From: Rickettsiales bacterium
GTDB lineage: Bacteria > Pseudomonadota > Alphaproteobacteria > Rickettsiales > UBA1997
Direction: 5' to 3'
Length of the DNA stretch: 64,000 nucleotides
Assembly: GCA_947442475.1 (NCBI GenBank)
Contig: CANEVP010000003.1
Coordinates: 17,204-81,203, forward strand
Shown: positions 29,758 through 38,965 of the stretch, in pieces
How the letters are laid out: each line of letters opens with the position of its first letter
Numbering within the stretch: the first letter of the stretch is position 1
The notes under the pieces: generated by a model
Database searches by the model: none
Seen by the model: only the letters and a program-made list of their open reading frames with translations
What the model was told of the DNA's origin: nothing
Made by a program: the position numbers and the translations under genes

Positions 29758-31248
29758 TTATGATTTTTTGACGTTATTTCTTGGTCTTCCTCCCTTTTTC
29801 CACGGGTGATTTTCTGGTAATTTTCCAACAACTTCCTTCCAGCATTTTTCTATGTCTCTGTCAGATAATTTGTATTCACTTATTCCAATTTTTTGATAAG
29901 AATTACCGCTATTGTAGCTTATTTTTGGTAGCAATTTTTTATCCGGATTTCTCTGGATGTCAGCGCTTAATCTAGCTTTAAACTCAGCCAATTTTTTTGA
30001 TTTTTGATTAACCAAATTCTTTGGCGTTAATTTGGAAAAATATTTTGTCTCCATCGCTTGAACATAGGAGCCTACAAACACCGCCTCTTTGATAAATTGC
30101 TCCCTCTCTTTCAATCTTACATCTTCACCCACAAACCAAGTGTGCATTTCTTTGTGAATAGGGGCGGCAATGTGGACTTCCATTTCTTGAAAAAAAACCT
30201 TTTCGGGAAGCAAGCTGCGCGCACGAAGATATGTTAAATGACCAGAAACGAGTTTGATGATTTTATCCTCACTAACCCCAAATTTCTTTATCCACAAAGC
30301 AGCCAACTCTTGGTAATCTAAAAATCTTTCAGGAACCAATTTTTCTGCCTGCTGCTTGAAATAAAAAGTTCGTGTGTAGTCGGAGTCGCTATTTGCATTG
30401 CATCCTTTTGAACAATAAGCATAGCCATCACCATCAATATCACTGCTCTTCAGGGGGGCCAATTCTTTTGGACAAGATAAAAAAATCCATAAATCAATTT
30501 CCCAATCTTTTGCATCAAATTTTTCTTGGTAAAAATCTGTTAACTCAAAATGACTGAGAAGATTATCTCTACTTTCAACCTTCATCATTTCGCCATGAAT
30601 AACCAATCCACGAAAGCCAGTTTGTTTTTGAGAAATAATTAGATCGCCATATTCCTTGTTCGGCGCTTGATCCATCCATCTTTTACCAGTTTTTAAAACA
30701 TACTCAAACTGCTCTTTTGGAATAAGAAAATTTTTTGGAAAAAATACCGAATAATCCACTTCCAAAACCTCATCAGGAAGAACGGTTGCAGATTCTTTAT
30801 CTTCCGCCGCAATGCTTCTTTTGGGGCTTTTTATTCGCTTAGTTTTTTCTTCTTCATATTTTTCACCAAAAGCCTTACGCATTGAGTCTGTTATTTTAAG
30901 ACTCGGCACACCGCCAGACTGCCGTACCACCACAAGATTTTTATCTCTGTTGTGAATTCTCGTTAAAAACTCACTGTAAGTTATTTCAGCAAGCAAGTCG
31001 GCTTTTTTGAGGCCTACTAATCTGCGAACAAAATCATCGCCATCATAAACGTCAAAGAAATCGTTTTTCATCATGTCGTTTAGATTTTCGACAATCGAGT
31101 AAGATAAGTGCGAACCTCTCATCTGATGCCAATTTTCACCTTCTAGTTTTTCACCAATAAGGTCGAAGGCTTCGCTGAGATTGAGATAGTTTTCAGCCTC
31201 TTTTTTGCTAATTTTTTTCTTTGGTTTTGTTGATGGAAGGATAATCAT
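29758..31248 (-). CDS. Hypothetical protein (496 aa) coupled to the integrase
   Basis: Long ORF, ATGA overlap with the integrase stop, C-terminal GGRPR. Confidence 0.7.
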   Translation of the reverse strand: MIILPSTKPKKKISKKEAENYLNLSEAFDLIGEKLEGENWHQMRGSHLSYSIVENLNDMMKNDFFDVYDGDDFVRRLVGLKKADLLAEITYSEFLTRIHNRDKNLVVVRQSGGVPSLKITDSMRKAFGEKYEEEKTKRIKSPKRSIAAEDKESATVLPDEVLEVDYSVFFPKNFLIPKEQFEYVLKTGKRWMDQAPNKEYGDLIISQKQTGFRGLVIHGEMMKVESRDNLLSHFELTDFYQEKFDAKDWEIDLWIFLSCPKELAPLKSSDIDGDGYAYCSKGCNANSDSDYTRTFYFKQQAEKLVPERFLDYQELAALWIKKFGVSEDKIIKLVSGHLTYLRARSLLPEKVFFQEMEVHIAAPIHKEMHTWFVGEDVRLKEREQFIKEAVFVGSYVQAMETKYFSKLTPKNLVNQKSKKLAEFKARLSADIQRNPDKKLLPKISYNSGNSYQKIGISEYKLSDRDIEKCWKEVVGKLPENHPWKKGGRPRNNVKKS

Positions 31249-32312
31249 TGTTTTGCTCCAAAAATCTTACTATTCATCCTCTCCACCACCCCAGCAGTAT
31301 GTGCATCAGAAATATGAGAATAGCGCTTCACCATACTCAAAGTTTTATGCCCAAGCACGCCCGCAATTTCTGCCAGCGTTGCGCCGTTCATGGCTAAATA
31401 ACTTGCGCAAGAGTGTCTGAGGTCATGCCATTTAAAATCTTCAATCTCAGCCTTCTGTAATGCGCTTTCAAAAGGGGTGCGGATGTCGATTGGGGTTTGC
31501 AGATTCTTTGCGGGAAAAACCAACTCGGTGTTTTTGTTGCGGTTTTTGTAGTGCGCTTTCATCAAATCTTTGGCAATGCCAACCAGCGGTAAAGAGCGGC
31601 GCTCGCCGTTTTTGGTGTCGTGCAAAATTATCATGCCGCGGTTCAAATCGACATCTTTCCATTCAAGACTTCTTATTTCCATTTTTCTTGCGCCAGTGCT
31701 AATGCCAAGCACCACCAAAATGTAGAGGAAGGGGCTTGAGCTTTCTTGACAGGCTTCAAGTAATCTTTCGCGCTCTTCATCATTTAAAAATCTAACTCTG
31801 CCACGCGGCTCTTTGAGTTTTTTTATTTTCATCATCGGGTTTTCTTGCATCCAACCCCATTCTTTAACGGCGATGGTGAAGGCGTGACTAAGAACCGAGC
31901 AATAACGATTGACGGTGGCATTGCTTCTTTTAGCGCCCTTGCGTTCGCTTTTTTCTAGCGCCAGCTTGCTTCTATATTCGGTGATTAATGCAGGCGTGAC
32001 ATCTGCTAACGAGAAACTGCCCATGCTGCTTTTCCAACAGCCAAGTTGGGTTTTTTGGTCGATGGTGCTTTTTGGTTTTTGCGGTAAAATTTCTTTGATG
32101 TAGCGCTCAACCAAATCTTTGACGGTATGTTTTTTTGACTCAGAGGTTTTGAAGTGCCTTCCTTCTCGAATTGCTGATTCAGTGTCTTGAACCCATTTCT
32201 TTGCGTCAGTTAATCTGGCAAAAGTTGCGCTTTGGGTTGGATAGCCTTTGAGGCGCACCTTAGCGCGATAAGATGTTGCGCTGTTGGTGGTTCTTTTTTC
32301 GATTGTTGCCAT
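31245..32312 (-). CDS. int: Tyrosine recombinase/integrase
   Basis: TGAR, TKNG, HDLRH, LGH, RY catalytic residues; adjacent to the tRNA att site. Confidence 0.96.
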   Translation of the reverse strand: MATIEKRTTNSATSYRAKVRLKGYPTQSATFARLTDAKKWVQDTESAIREGRHFKTSESKKHTVKDLVERYIKEILPQKPKSTIDQKTQLGCWKSSMGSFSLADVTPALITEYRSKLALEKSERKGAKRSNATVNRYCSVLSHAFTIAVKEWGWMQENPMMKIKKLKEPRGRVRFLNDEERERLLEACQESSSPFLYILVVLGISTGARKMEIRSLEWKDVDLNRGMIILHDTKNGERRSLPLVGIAKDLMKAHYKNRNKNTELVFPAKNLQTPIDIRTPFESALQKAEIEDFKWHDLRHSCASYLAMNGATLAEIAGVLGHKTLSMVKRYSHISDAHTAGVVERMNSKIFGAKQ

Positions 32313-32668
32313 TTGCGTGATTTTTTATTTCTAAAATTCGATTTCGCAAAAAACTAGAAATCACCACAATAAAATGCAACAACTGATGACTAATCAGAAG
32401 TAAAATCTTTCTAAAGCATTGATAACAAAGGAAATAAAAAACCAGACTTTGTCTTTTGGGACACTTAAGGGACATTTTTAAGACAAAATCATGCCAAAAG
32501 ATTAAAAAAACTCTTTTGTTTAGGCGGTAAGAATAAGGCTAAGAAAAAATGAAGAAGAAAAACTTATCTGCTTAAGGATTGTTGCAGTTTTTGATGTTTT
32601 AGTGTCCCGCCAGTGTCCCATTTGGAATTTTTTGAGAACTGATAATTTGGCTGGAGACTAGAGAGAGA

Positions 32669-32743
32669 TGGTGCCGAATGTCGGATTTGAACTGACGACC
32701 TACTGTTTACAAGACAGTTGCTCTACCACTGAGCTAATTCGGC
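32669..32743 (-). tRNA. tRNA-Thr(TGT)
   Basis: Anticodon arm ACTGT-CTTGTAA-ACAGT, 3' CCA. Confidence 0.95.
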
Positions 32744-32806
32744 TTTTTTGACAAGGGGGGCAAACTATTTTTGAGATGCAAAACTGCAAGAAATTTCTCT
32801 TAGAAA

Positions 32807-32845
32807 TAAAAAACCGGATCAACCTTTTGGCTGACCCGGTTTTTT
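32807..32845 (-). terminator. Rho-independent terminator
   Basis: AAAAAACCGGATCA..TGACCCGGTTTTTT downstream of the Ala/Lys-rich gene. Confidence 0.75.
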
Positions 32846-32866
32846 AAAAACTTTGTAAAAAGTTAA

Positions 32867-33187
32867 TTACTTTTTAGCAGGAGCTTCAACTGCAGCAGCT
32901 GCAGGAGCAGCAACTTCAGCTTTAACTTCAGCTTTTTTAGCTTTAGCTTTTTTAGCTTTTTTAACAGCAGCTTCAGCAGCTGGAGCAGCAACTTCAGCTT
33001 TAGCGGCAGGAGCAGCAGCTACTGGAGCAGCGGCTTTAACTTCAGCTTTAACAGCAACTGGAGCAGCTGGAGCAGCGGCTTTAGCAGCTACAGGAGCAGC
33101 AGCTTTAACTTCAGCTTTAACAGCTTGAGCTTGAGCAGCAGTAGCAAATAGAGAAACTGCAGCGATGATAAGAGATAATTTTTTCAT
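32867..33187 (-). CDS. Secreted Ala/Lys/Pro-rich low-complexity protein
   Basis: Signal peptide MKKLSLIIAAVSLFATAAQA; repeated AVKAEVKAAAPVAA. Confidence 0.8.
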   Translation of the reverse strand: MKKLSLIIAAVSLFATAAQAQAVKAEVKAAAPVAAKAAAPAAPVAVKAEVKAAAPVAAAPAAKAEVAAPAAEAAVKKAKKAKAKKAEVKAEVAAPAAAAVEAPAKK

Positions 33188-33342
33188 TGTTTTTGAACCA
33201 AATTGGTTTTGATAGATGCCAGTCATTGCTGACTAGTTTCTTTCGAGGGCTACTTCGTTTTCTTGTGGTTTTTTTGACAAACTAAAGTAGCGAAGCAGCT
33301 GAAAGGCGGCGGCAAAATATGAACGCGATTTTGCTTGTCAAA

Positions 33343-34767
33343 CTAAAAGTGAATTACTTTGCCGTAGGCATCCAAAACGGCTTCATGCATCATTTCCGAC
33401 ATTGTTGGATGTGCGAAAATTGTGTGCATTAAATCCTCTTCTGTGAGCTCAGCTTGTTTAGCAATTACGTAACCTTGGATCATCTCAGTAACCTCAGCGC
33501 CAATCAAATGGGCGCCTAAAAGTTCGCCGGTTTTTTCATCAAAAATTACTTTGATTAATCCATCAGTTTCGCCCATCGCAATAGCTTTACCGTTGGCAGC
33601 GTAAGGGAAGCGGCCGACTTTAATTTTTTTGCCCGCAGCAATTGCTTTTTTCTCGGTCAAGCCAACTGAAGCGATTTGCGGCATTGAGTAAGTGCATCCT
33701 GGAATATTCTCAACTTTGATTGGGTGAACTTTCTTAGCGTCGTATTTGCCAAGCTTGCTCGCAATTTTTTCTGCGGCAATTGAACCTTCGTGAGAAGCTT
33801 TGTGAGCCAACCAAGGTGCGCCAACCACGTCGCCAATCGCAAAAATGTTTGGCTCAGCTGTTTCTAAATATCCGTTAGCGATGATGCTGCCTTTATCGAT
33901 TTTTACTTTGGTTTTTTCGAGTCCCAAATTTTCCACATTAGCCACGATACCTACAGCCATGATGACTTTCTCGGCTTTAATTTCGACAATCTTTCCAGCA
34001 ATTTCAACTAAAGCGGTAACTTCACCTTTACCTTTTTTCAAAGATTTCAACGCCGCGCCCGTGTGAATTTTAATGCCTTGTTTTTCGAAAGATTTGCGCG
34101 CCAATTTTGAAATTTCCTCATCTTCAACCGGCAAAATATTTTCGGCCATTTCAATTAGCGTAACTTCTGAGCCCATGTTTTTGTAAAATGATGCGAATTC
34201 CGAACCAATCGCGCCCGACCCCACAACCAACAAAGATTTTGGCAAAGCCTTTGGCGTCATGGCTTCGCGGTAAGTCCAAATATTTTCAACATCGGGCTCC
34301 ATGCCAGGAATCACACGTGCTCTAGCGCCAGTGGCCACAATAAAATAAGCGGCTTCAACTTGCGTCACTAATTTGCCGTCTTTTTCAACTGAGATTTTTT
34401 TGGCATCCAAAAATTTTGCAAAACCTTCAATCACTTCGATTTTATTTTTTTTCATCAAGCCCGCAATTCCGCCGCTGAGCTTTTTGGAAACGCCGCGCGA
34501 GCGTTCGATAATTTTTGCAAAATCAAATTTCACATCCTTAACGCTAAATCCAAACTGGTCTAAATTGTGCAAAAGATGATGAACTTCGGCTGATTTCAAA
34601 AGCGCCTTAGTTGGAATACAGCCCCAGTTTAAGCAGATGCCGCCCAAATGATTAGCCTCGACAATTGCCACCTTTAAACCTAATTGCGCCGCGCGAATTG
34701 CCGCAACGTAACCGCCGGGACCGGCACCAATAACGCAAAGGTCGAATTTTTTTGCTGAATCTGTCAT
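33343..34767 (-). CDS. lpdA: Dihydrolipoamide dehydrogenase
   Basis: GAGPGGY, GGICLNWGCIPTK, HPTMSE. Confidence 0.97.
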   Translation of the reverse strand: MTDSAKKFDLCVIGAGPGGYVAAIRAAQLGLKVAIVEANHLGGICLNWGCIPTKALLKSAEVHHLLHNLDQFGFSVKDVKFDFAKIIERSRGVSKKLSGGIAGLMKKNKIEVIEGFAKFLDAKKISVEKDGKLVTQVEAAYFIVATGARARVIPGMEPDVENIWTYREAMTPKALPKSLLVVGSGAIGSEFASFYKNMGSEVTLIEMAENILPVEDEEISKLARKSFEKQGIKIHTGAALKSLKKGKGEVTALVEIAGKIVEIKAEKVIMAVGIVANVENLGLEKTKVKIDKGSIIANGYLETAEPNIFAIGDVVGAPWLAHKASHEGSIAAEKIASKLGKYDAKKVHPIKVENIPGCTYSMPQIASVGLTEKKAIAAGKKIKVGRFPYAANGKAIAMGETDGLIKVIFDEKTGELLGAHLIGAEVTEMIQGYVIAKQAELTEEDLMHTIFAHPTMSEMMHEAVLDAYGKVIHF

Positions 34768-34782
34768 GTTTTAAATACCTGA

Positions 34783-34986
34783 TTATTTTGAAGAATTATT
34801 TACTTTGGTCGAGCTTTGGTTTTGCCCTGGTTTTGAATTTTGCACAGGAACTTGATGTGGCACAAGCCTAAAACTCGGAATACCTACGGGAGGAGGCAGC
34901 GTATTTTCATTTGGCTTATGCGGGTTGGTATATCCCTTAAAAGTAAGATCATTCCAAGAAGAATATTCTTTATTGTCTTTTGCCAT
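34783..34986 (-). CDS. Small Pro/Asn-rich hypothetical protein
   Basis: MAKDNKEYSS..KGYTNPHKPNENTLPPPV; overlaps the upstream ORF. Confidence 0.4.
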   Translation of the reverse strand: MAKDNKEYSSWNDLTFKGYTNPHKPNENTLPPPVGIPSFRLVPHQVPVQNSKPGQNQSSTKVNNSSK

Positions 34987-35347
34987 TTTTAGACTCTTTT
35001 TTGATTGATAGAAATTCGATAAAAAATTCTCTGTGGTCAAAAACTAAATAAATTTTTGCCATCTCTGCGAGAAGCTCGCCCGTTGGATTTTGGTAGATTT
35101 TAGCATTCAATAAAACAATTTCTTTCTCTAATTTTTCTTCTGAAATTTTGTACACCACGCCCGAATAAATAAGATCTCTTTTTTGATCATAAATTCTAAT
35201 AAAGGCGTCAGACTCATTCTCTTTCATGTGTCCGTGAAGTGATGAACACCACAAATCATCCTCTCCATCTCGCAAGGTGATTTTACCCCACTGCATCGCA
35301 CGCACTATCCATTTTTTGTGAGATCCCAAAACTGAAATCGCACCCAA
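34970..35347 (-). pseudogene. Probable 5'-truncated fragment (DUF6338-like C-terminal domain)
   Basis: DDLW..FIRIYD...YSGVV..SE..EKEIVL.NAKIY; begins abruptly just upstream of the divergent prfB. Confidence 0.4.
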
Positions 35348-35461
35348 TAAAACATTAGCATTTTTTGGTGAGAAAAATTAAATTTGTGTAGAAAAAATAA
35401 GACCGAGAGAAGAGTGTGAGCACCCTAAATTTGCCTCCCCAAAACATCAATATTTTATCTC

Positions 35462-36557
35462 ATGAGCGCCGAAATTGAAAATTTGATCAGCCAGATCTCG
35501 ACCTCTCTGGCATTGATTAAGAGGTGTCTTTGAACCAGAAGTTTTGCAAGAAAAACTCGAATCGCTAAACGCAAAATCGCAAGATCCTAATTTGTGGAAT
35601 AATCAGCTCGAAGCCCAATTAATTCTCAAAGAAAAATCACTTTTAGAAACGCAGCTCAATGCCTTTTTAGCAATTCAAAATGGCTTAAAAGACAATCGCG
35701 AATATTTTGATTTAGCCAAGCTGGAAGGCGATGCGCAACTTATTGGTGACATTGAAAAAAACCTCACAGCTTTAAGAAAAACCTCCGACACTTTCGAAGT
35801 TGAATGTCTATTTTCCGGTGAAGTTGACGGCAATAACTGCTTCCTCGACATCAATGCGGGGGCGGGTGGAACCGACTCTTGCGATTTCGGCTCAATGCTG
35901 CTTCGCATGTATGAAAGATTCGCCGCCTCAAAAAAATTCAAAGTCGAAATCGTCAATATGCTTGAAGGCGAAGAAGCGGGAATTCGCTCAGCCACCATCA
36001 AAATTTCGGGGCATTTTGCTTACGGTTGGATGAAGATGGAATCAGGCGTGCACCGGCTGGTCCGCATTTCGCCTTTTAACGCCAACGACAAAAGACAGAC
36101 CAGTTTCACCTCAGTTTGGGTCTATCCAGAAATTGACGACACCATTGAAATTGATCTGCAGGAAAAAGATTTACGCATTGATGTTTTTAGATCATCGGGG
36201 CCTGGCGGACAATCGGTAAATACAACCGATTCAGCAGTGCGAATGACTCACTTACCAAGCGGAATTGTCGTGCAATGCCAAAACGACCGCTCACAAATTA
36301 GAAATCGCGCTGAATGCATGAAGATGCTAAAATCGAGGCTCTACGACCTTGAGATAAAAAAACAAAAAGACGTTCTAGCCAAAAGCGAAAGTGAAAAAAC
36401 CGACAATAGTTGGGGCCACCAAATTCGTTCTTACGTGCTGCATCCCTACCAAATGGTCAAAGATTTGCGCACCGATTACGAAACTGGAAATATCCAAGCA
36501 GTTTTAGATGGCGGCCTTGAAGGCTTCATCAAAGCGGCTTTAACTGAAAAAATGTAA
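35462..36557 (+). CDS. prfB: Peptide chain release factor 2 with programmed +1 frameshift
   Basis: 23-codon first ORF ending AAGAGG-TGT-CTT-TGA (35528-35533); +1 frame contains SPF and GGQ. Confidence 0.96.
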
Positions 36558-36561
36558 ATTT

Positions 36562-37011
36562 ATGCGCTGCCCATTTTGCGGAAATATTGAAACTCAAGTT
36601 AAAGATAGTCGCATTTCAGATGATGGCGAATCGGTGAAAAGAAGGCGTTATTGCGCCGCTTGCGATTCACGATTTACAACTTTTGAACGCGTGCAATTGC
36701 GCGAAATTTTAGTGATTAAGAAAAATGGCGAGAAGAAAATTTTTGACCCAGAAAAGTTAAAAAAATCAATCGAGATGGCGGTACGAAAAAGACCCGTTGC
36801 CGAGCTGCAGGTAGAAAAACTCGTGAACAACATTGTGCGGCAGTTGGAGATGGAAAATGAAACAGAAATTTCTTCGTCAAAAATTGGTGAATTGGTGATG
36901 ACGGCGCTGGAAAAGTTGGATAAAGTTGCGTTTGTCAGGTTTGCCTCAGTTTACAAAAACTTTGAGAAGGCGGATGATTTTCAGAAGTTTATTAAGCAGG
37001 TGGTGAAGTAG
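36562..37011 (+). CDS. nrdR: Transcriptional repressor NrdR
   Basis: MRCPFC, DSR, RRRYC..C..RFTTFE, ATP cone, VRFASVY. Confidence 0.97.
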   Translation: MRCPFCGNIETQVKDSRISDDGESVKRRRYCAACDSRFTTFERVQLREILVIKKNGEKKIFDPEKLKKSIEMAVRKRPVAELQVEKLVNNIVRQLEMENETEISSSKIGELVMTALEKLDKVAFVRFASVYKNFEKADDFQKFIKQVVK

Positions 37012-37045
37012 TAAGCATTTTTTAGCAGATTCAAACTAAGTATCG

Positions 37046-37156
37046 CGCTGACTGGACCCCGTCGTGAAGACGGGGTGACAATCGAGAATGCGGAAAATCC
37101 TCGAGCCATATACACATTCAGCGTTACCCCGTCTTCACGACGGGTCCCAGTCAGCG
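37046..37156. repeat. Palindromic REP/RPE-like element (two inverted units)
   Basis: CGCTGACTGGACCCCGTCGTGAAGACGGGGTGAC ... GTTACCCCGTCTTCACGACGGGTCCCAGTCAGCG between convergent genes. Confidence 0.8.
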
Positions 37157-37165
37157 GCACTTGAC

Positions 37166-37606
37166 TTATGAATGGCTTAGATCTCTTACCAAAACTTCTC
37201 GCACCTCTTCGCCCATTTCCGCAACAGCTTTAATTTCAATTTCTAAATAATTTTTACGCAAAAACTCCGCCGCAATTTCTGGCCATTCGATCAAACAAAT
37301 TCCATTTTTTAGCGCATCGAAGAAGCCAATATTTTCAAGCTCTTTAGCGCTTTTTAAGCGATACAAATCAAAGTGAAAAATCTCGCCTTTTTTGCTTTCG
37401 TAAGAATAAACTAAATTGAAAGTTGGGCTTAAAACTTCGACTGGTTTTTCACTTAAAAAATTGACAAAATTTTTGGCAAAAAAACTTTTGCCCGCGCCCA
37501 AAGTTCCTTTTAAACCAATCACATCTCCCGCGCGCGCCTGAGCAGCAACTTCCTTGGCAAAATCTGCCATTTCTAGCGGGCTATTAATGAGTATTTTTTT
37601 GGTCAT
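37166..37606 (-). CDS. tsaE: tRNA threonylcarbamoyladenosine biosynthesis ATPase
   Basis: GTLGAGKS, SPTFNLV, HFDLYRL, IEWP. Confidence 0.96.
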   Translation of the reverse strand: MTKKILINSPLEMADFAKEVAAQARAGDVIGLKGTLGAGKSFFAKNFVNFLSEKPVEVLSPTFNLVYSYESKKGEIFHFDLYRLKSAKELENIGFFDALKNGICLIEWPEIAAEFLRKNYLEIEIKAVAEMGEEVREVLVRDLSHS

Positions 37607-37627
37607 TATTTTGCACTTTTTTTAAAA

Positions 37628-37993
37628 TTACGAATGAGTCGAATCATTGGTGCGAGCGCGTTTTGTCGCTGGTCCGTCTGTAGAAGCGCCACTTACTGAT
37701 GAGTCAGGAGAGTCTTCATAATAAAGGTCTTCTTGCTCATCTTCCAAGCTTTCCAATGTCAATTCTTCTTCCTGATTCTCTGCAATCAATGCATCTCTAA
37801 ACTGCTCCCAAGCTTCAGAGACGCCATCAGCGCCCCAAAATTCCTCCATTCCATTTAAAGTTTCTTCAATTTCTTGCACGAAGTTCTGTTGCAAAGCTGG
37901 GGTACTTAAAAAATTAACAACGCTCTCAACCAACTCCTCACTGGCGTGAGAAATAATAACTTTGAATCTCTCGCGCTCAGAAAGAATCCCCAA
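37628..37993 (-). CDS. Acidic hypothetical protein
   Basis: 121-aa ORF, TTG start uncertain, Ser-rich tail containing PATKRAR. Confidence 0.5.
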   Translation of the reverse strand: MGILSERERFKVIISHASEELVESVVNFLSTPALQQNFVQEIEETLNGMEEFWGADGVSEAWEQFRDALIAENQEEELTLESLEDEQEDLYYEDSPDSSVSGASTDGPATKRARTNDSTHS

Positions 37994-38158
37994 CTCATCC
38001 AGTCTATCGCAGCTAAAGCCAATGTGTCAAAATCCAATGACCCAATTTTTCGCCTGACTTACGCAAATTTTCGGTGAGCAATCATCACCCTTAAAAGGTC
38101 AGCAAATTCGGTCATTTTTTTATTTATTAAGGCTGGGGGCGGGTTCTAAGAGCCCGTC

Positions 38159-38956
38159 CTAAGAAAAATCAAATTTCGTTTCAATCGGAACGTGATCTGA
38201 AGGCTGGGTCAGACTGCGAAAATCTTTGTAAATTTTCATCGACTTAATCTGCTTTTTTAAATTTGGTGTCGCCCAAATGTGATCGAGTCTGCGACCTTTA
38301 TCAGCACCCAGCGGGTCTTTCGCGCGGTAGCTCCACCAACTGTAGAGCTTTTCTTTTTCATCAACAAAAAGTCGATGCGTGTCGATCCAATCCAAGCTTT
38401 TTTGCAAGCGCGCCATTTTTTCCACTTCAATTGGCGTGTGCGAAACAATTTTTAGCAATCGCTTGTGCGACCAAACATCATGCTCGAGTGGAGCAATATT
38501 CATGTCGCCTAAAATGATGATTTTTTTGTCTTTTTGCGGCGCGAAATAATCAGTCATCCAATCAACAAATTTCAGCTTGTGGTCAAACTTGTCATTAAGC
38601 AAAACGTCAGGAATATCGCCACCCGCCGGCACATAAAAATTATGCAAAGCAACTTCGCCAACCTTGGTTTGCAACGTGGCGCAAATGTGACGCTTGTGAC
38701 CGTAATTTTCGATGTCGATTTTCTCAATTTTTGTCAGCGGAAATTTCGAAATAATCGCCACGCCATTGTAAGATTTTTCACCAGAGAATTCGACAAAATC
38801 AAAACCCAAAGCTTTAACTTCCAGCAACGGAAAATCGACCTCTTGCACTTTTATTTCTTGCAGACAAATCACGTCTGGCGTGTTTTCGGCAACAAATTTT
38901 TTTAACAGCGGCAGGCGCAAGCGCAGCGAATTAATGTTCCAAGAAACGATTTTCAT
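38159..38956 (-). CDS. xth: Exodeoxyribonuclease III
   Basis: SWNINS, LQEIK, YNGVAI, GDMNIAP, YSWWSYR, RLDHI, SDHVP. Confidence 0.96.
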   Translation of the reverse strand: MKIVSWNINSLRLRLPLLKKFVAENTPDVICLQEIKVQEVDFPLLEVKALGFDFVEFSGEKSYNGVAIISKFPLTKIEKIDIENYGHKRHICATLQTKVGEVALHNFYVPAGGDIPDVLLNDKFDHKLKFVDWMTDYFAPQKDKKIIILGDMNIAPLEHDVWSHKRLLKIVSHTPIEVEKMARLQKSLDWIDTHRLFVDEKEKLYSWWSYRAKDPLGADKGRRLDHIWATPNLKKQIKSMKIYKDFRSLTQPSDHVPIETKFDFS

Positions 38957-38965
38957 GAGTTTTAT

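Larger units (their letters stand above)
24351..32713 (-). mobile_element. ~8.3 kb integrative element (phage-satellite/IME-like) in the 3' half of tRNA-Thr(TGT)
   Basis: Perfect 49-bp direct repeats at 24351-24399 and 32665-32713; tyrosine integrase, AlpA-like protein and AAA replication protein inside. Confidence 0.93.

Noticed and set aside
24400..32664. Spacers targeting the tRNA-Thr island or other parts of the window
   Set aside because: No convincing match was found by eye; an alignment is needed to exclude it properly
32867..33187. Nucleotide repeats resembling an array
   Set aside because: They are explained by Ala/Lys/Pro peptide repeats in a signal-peptide protein
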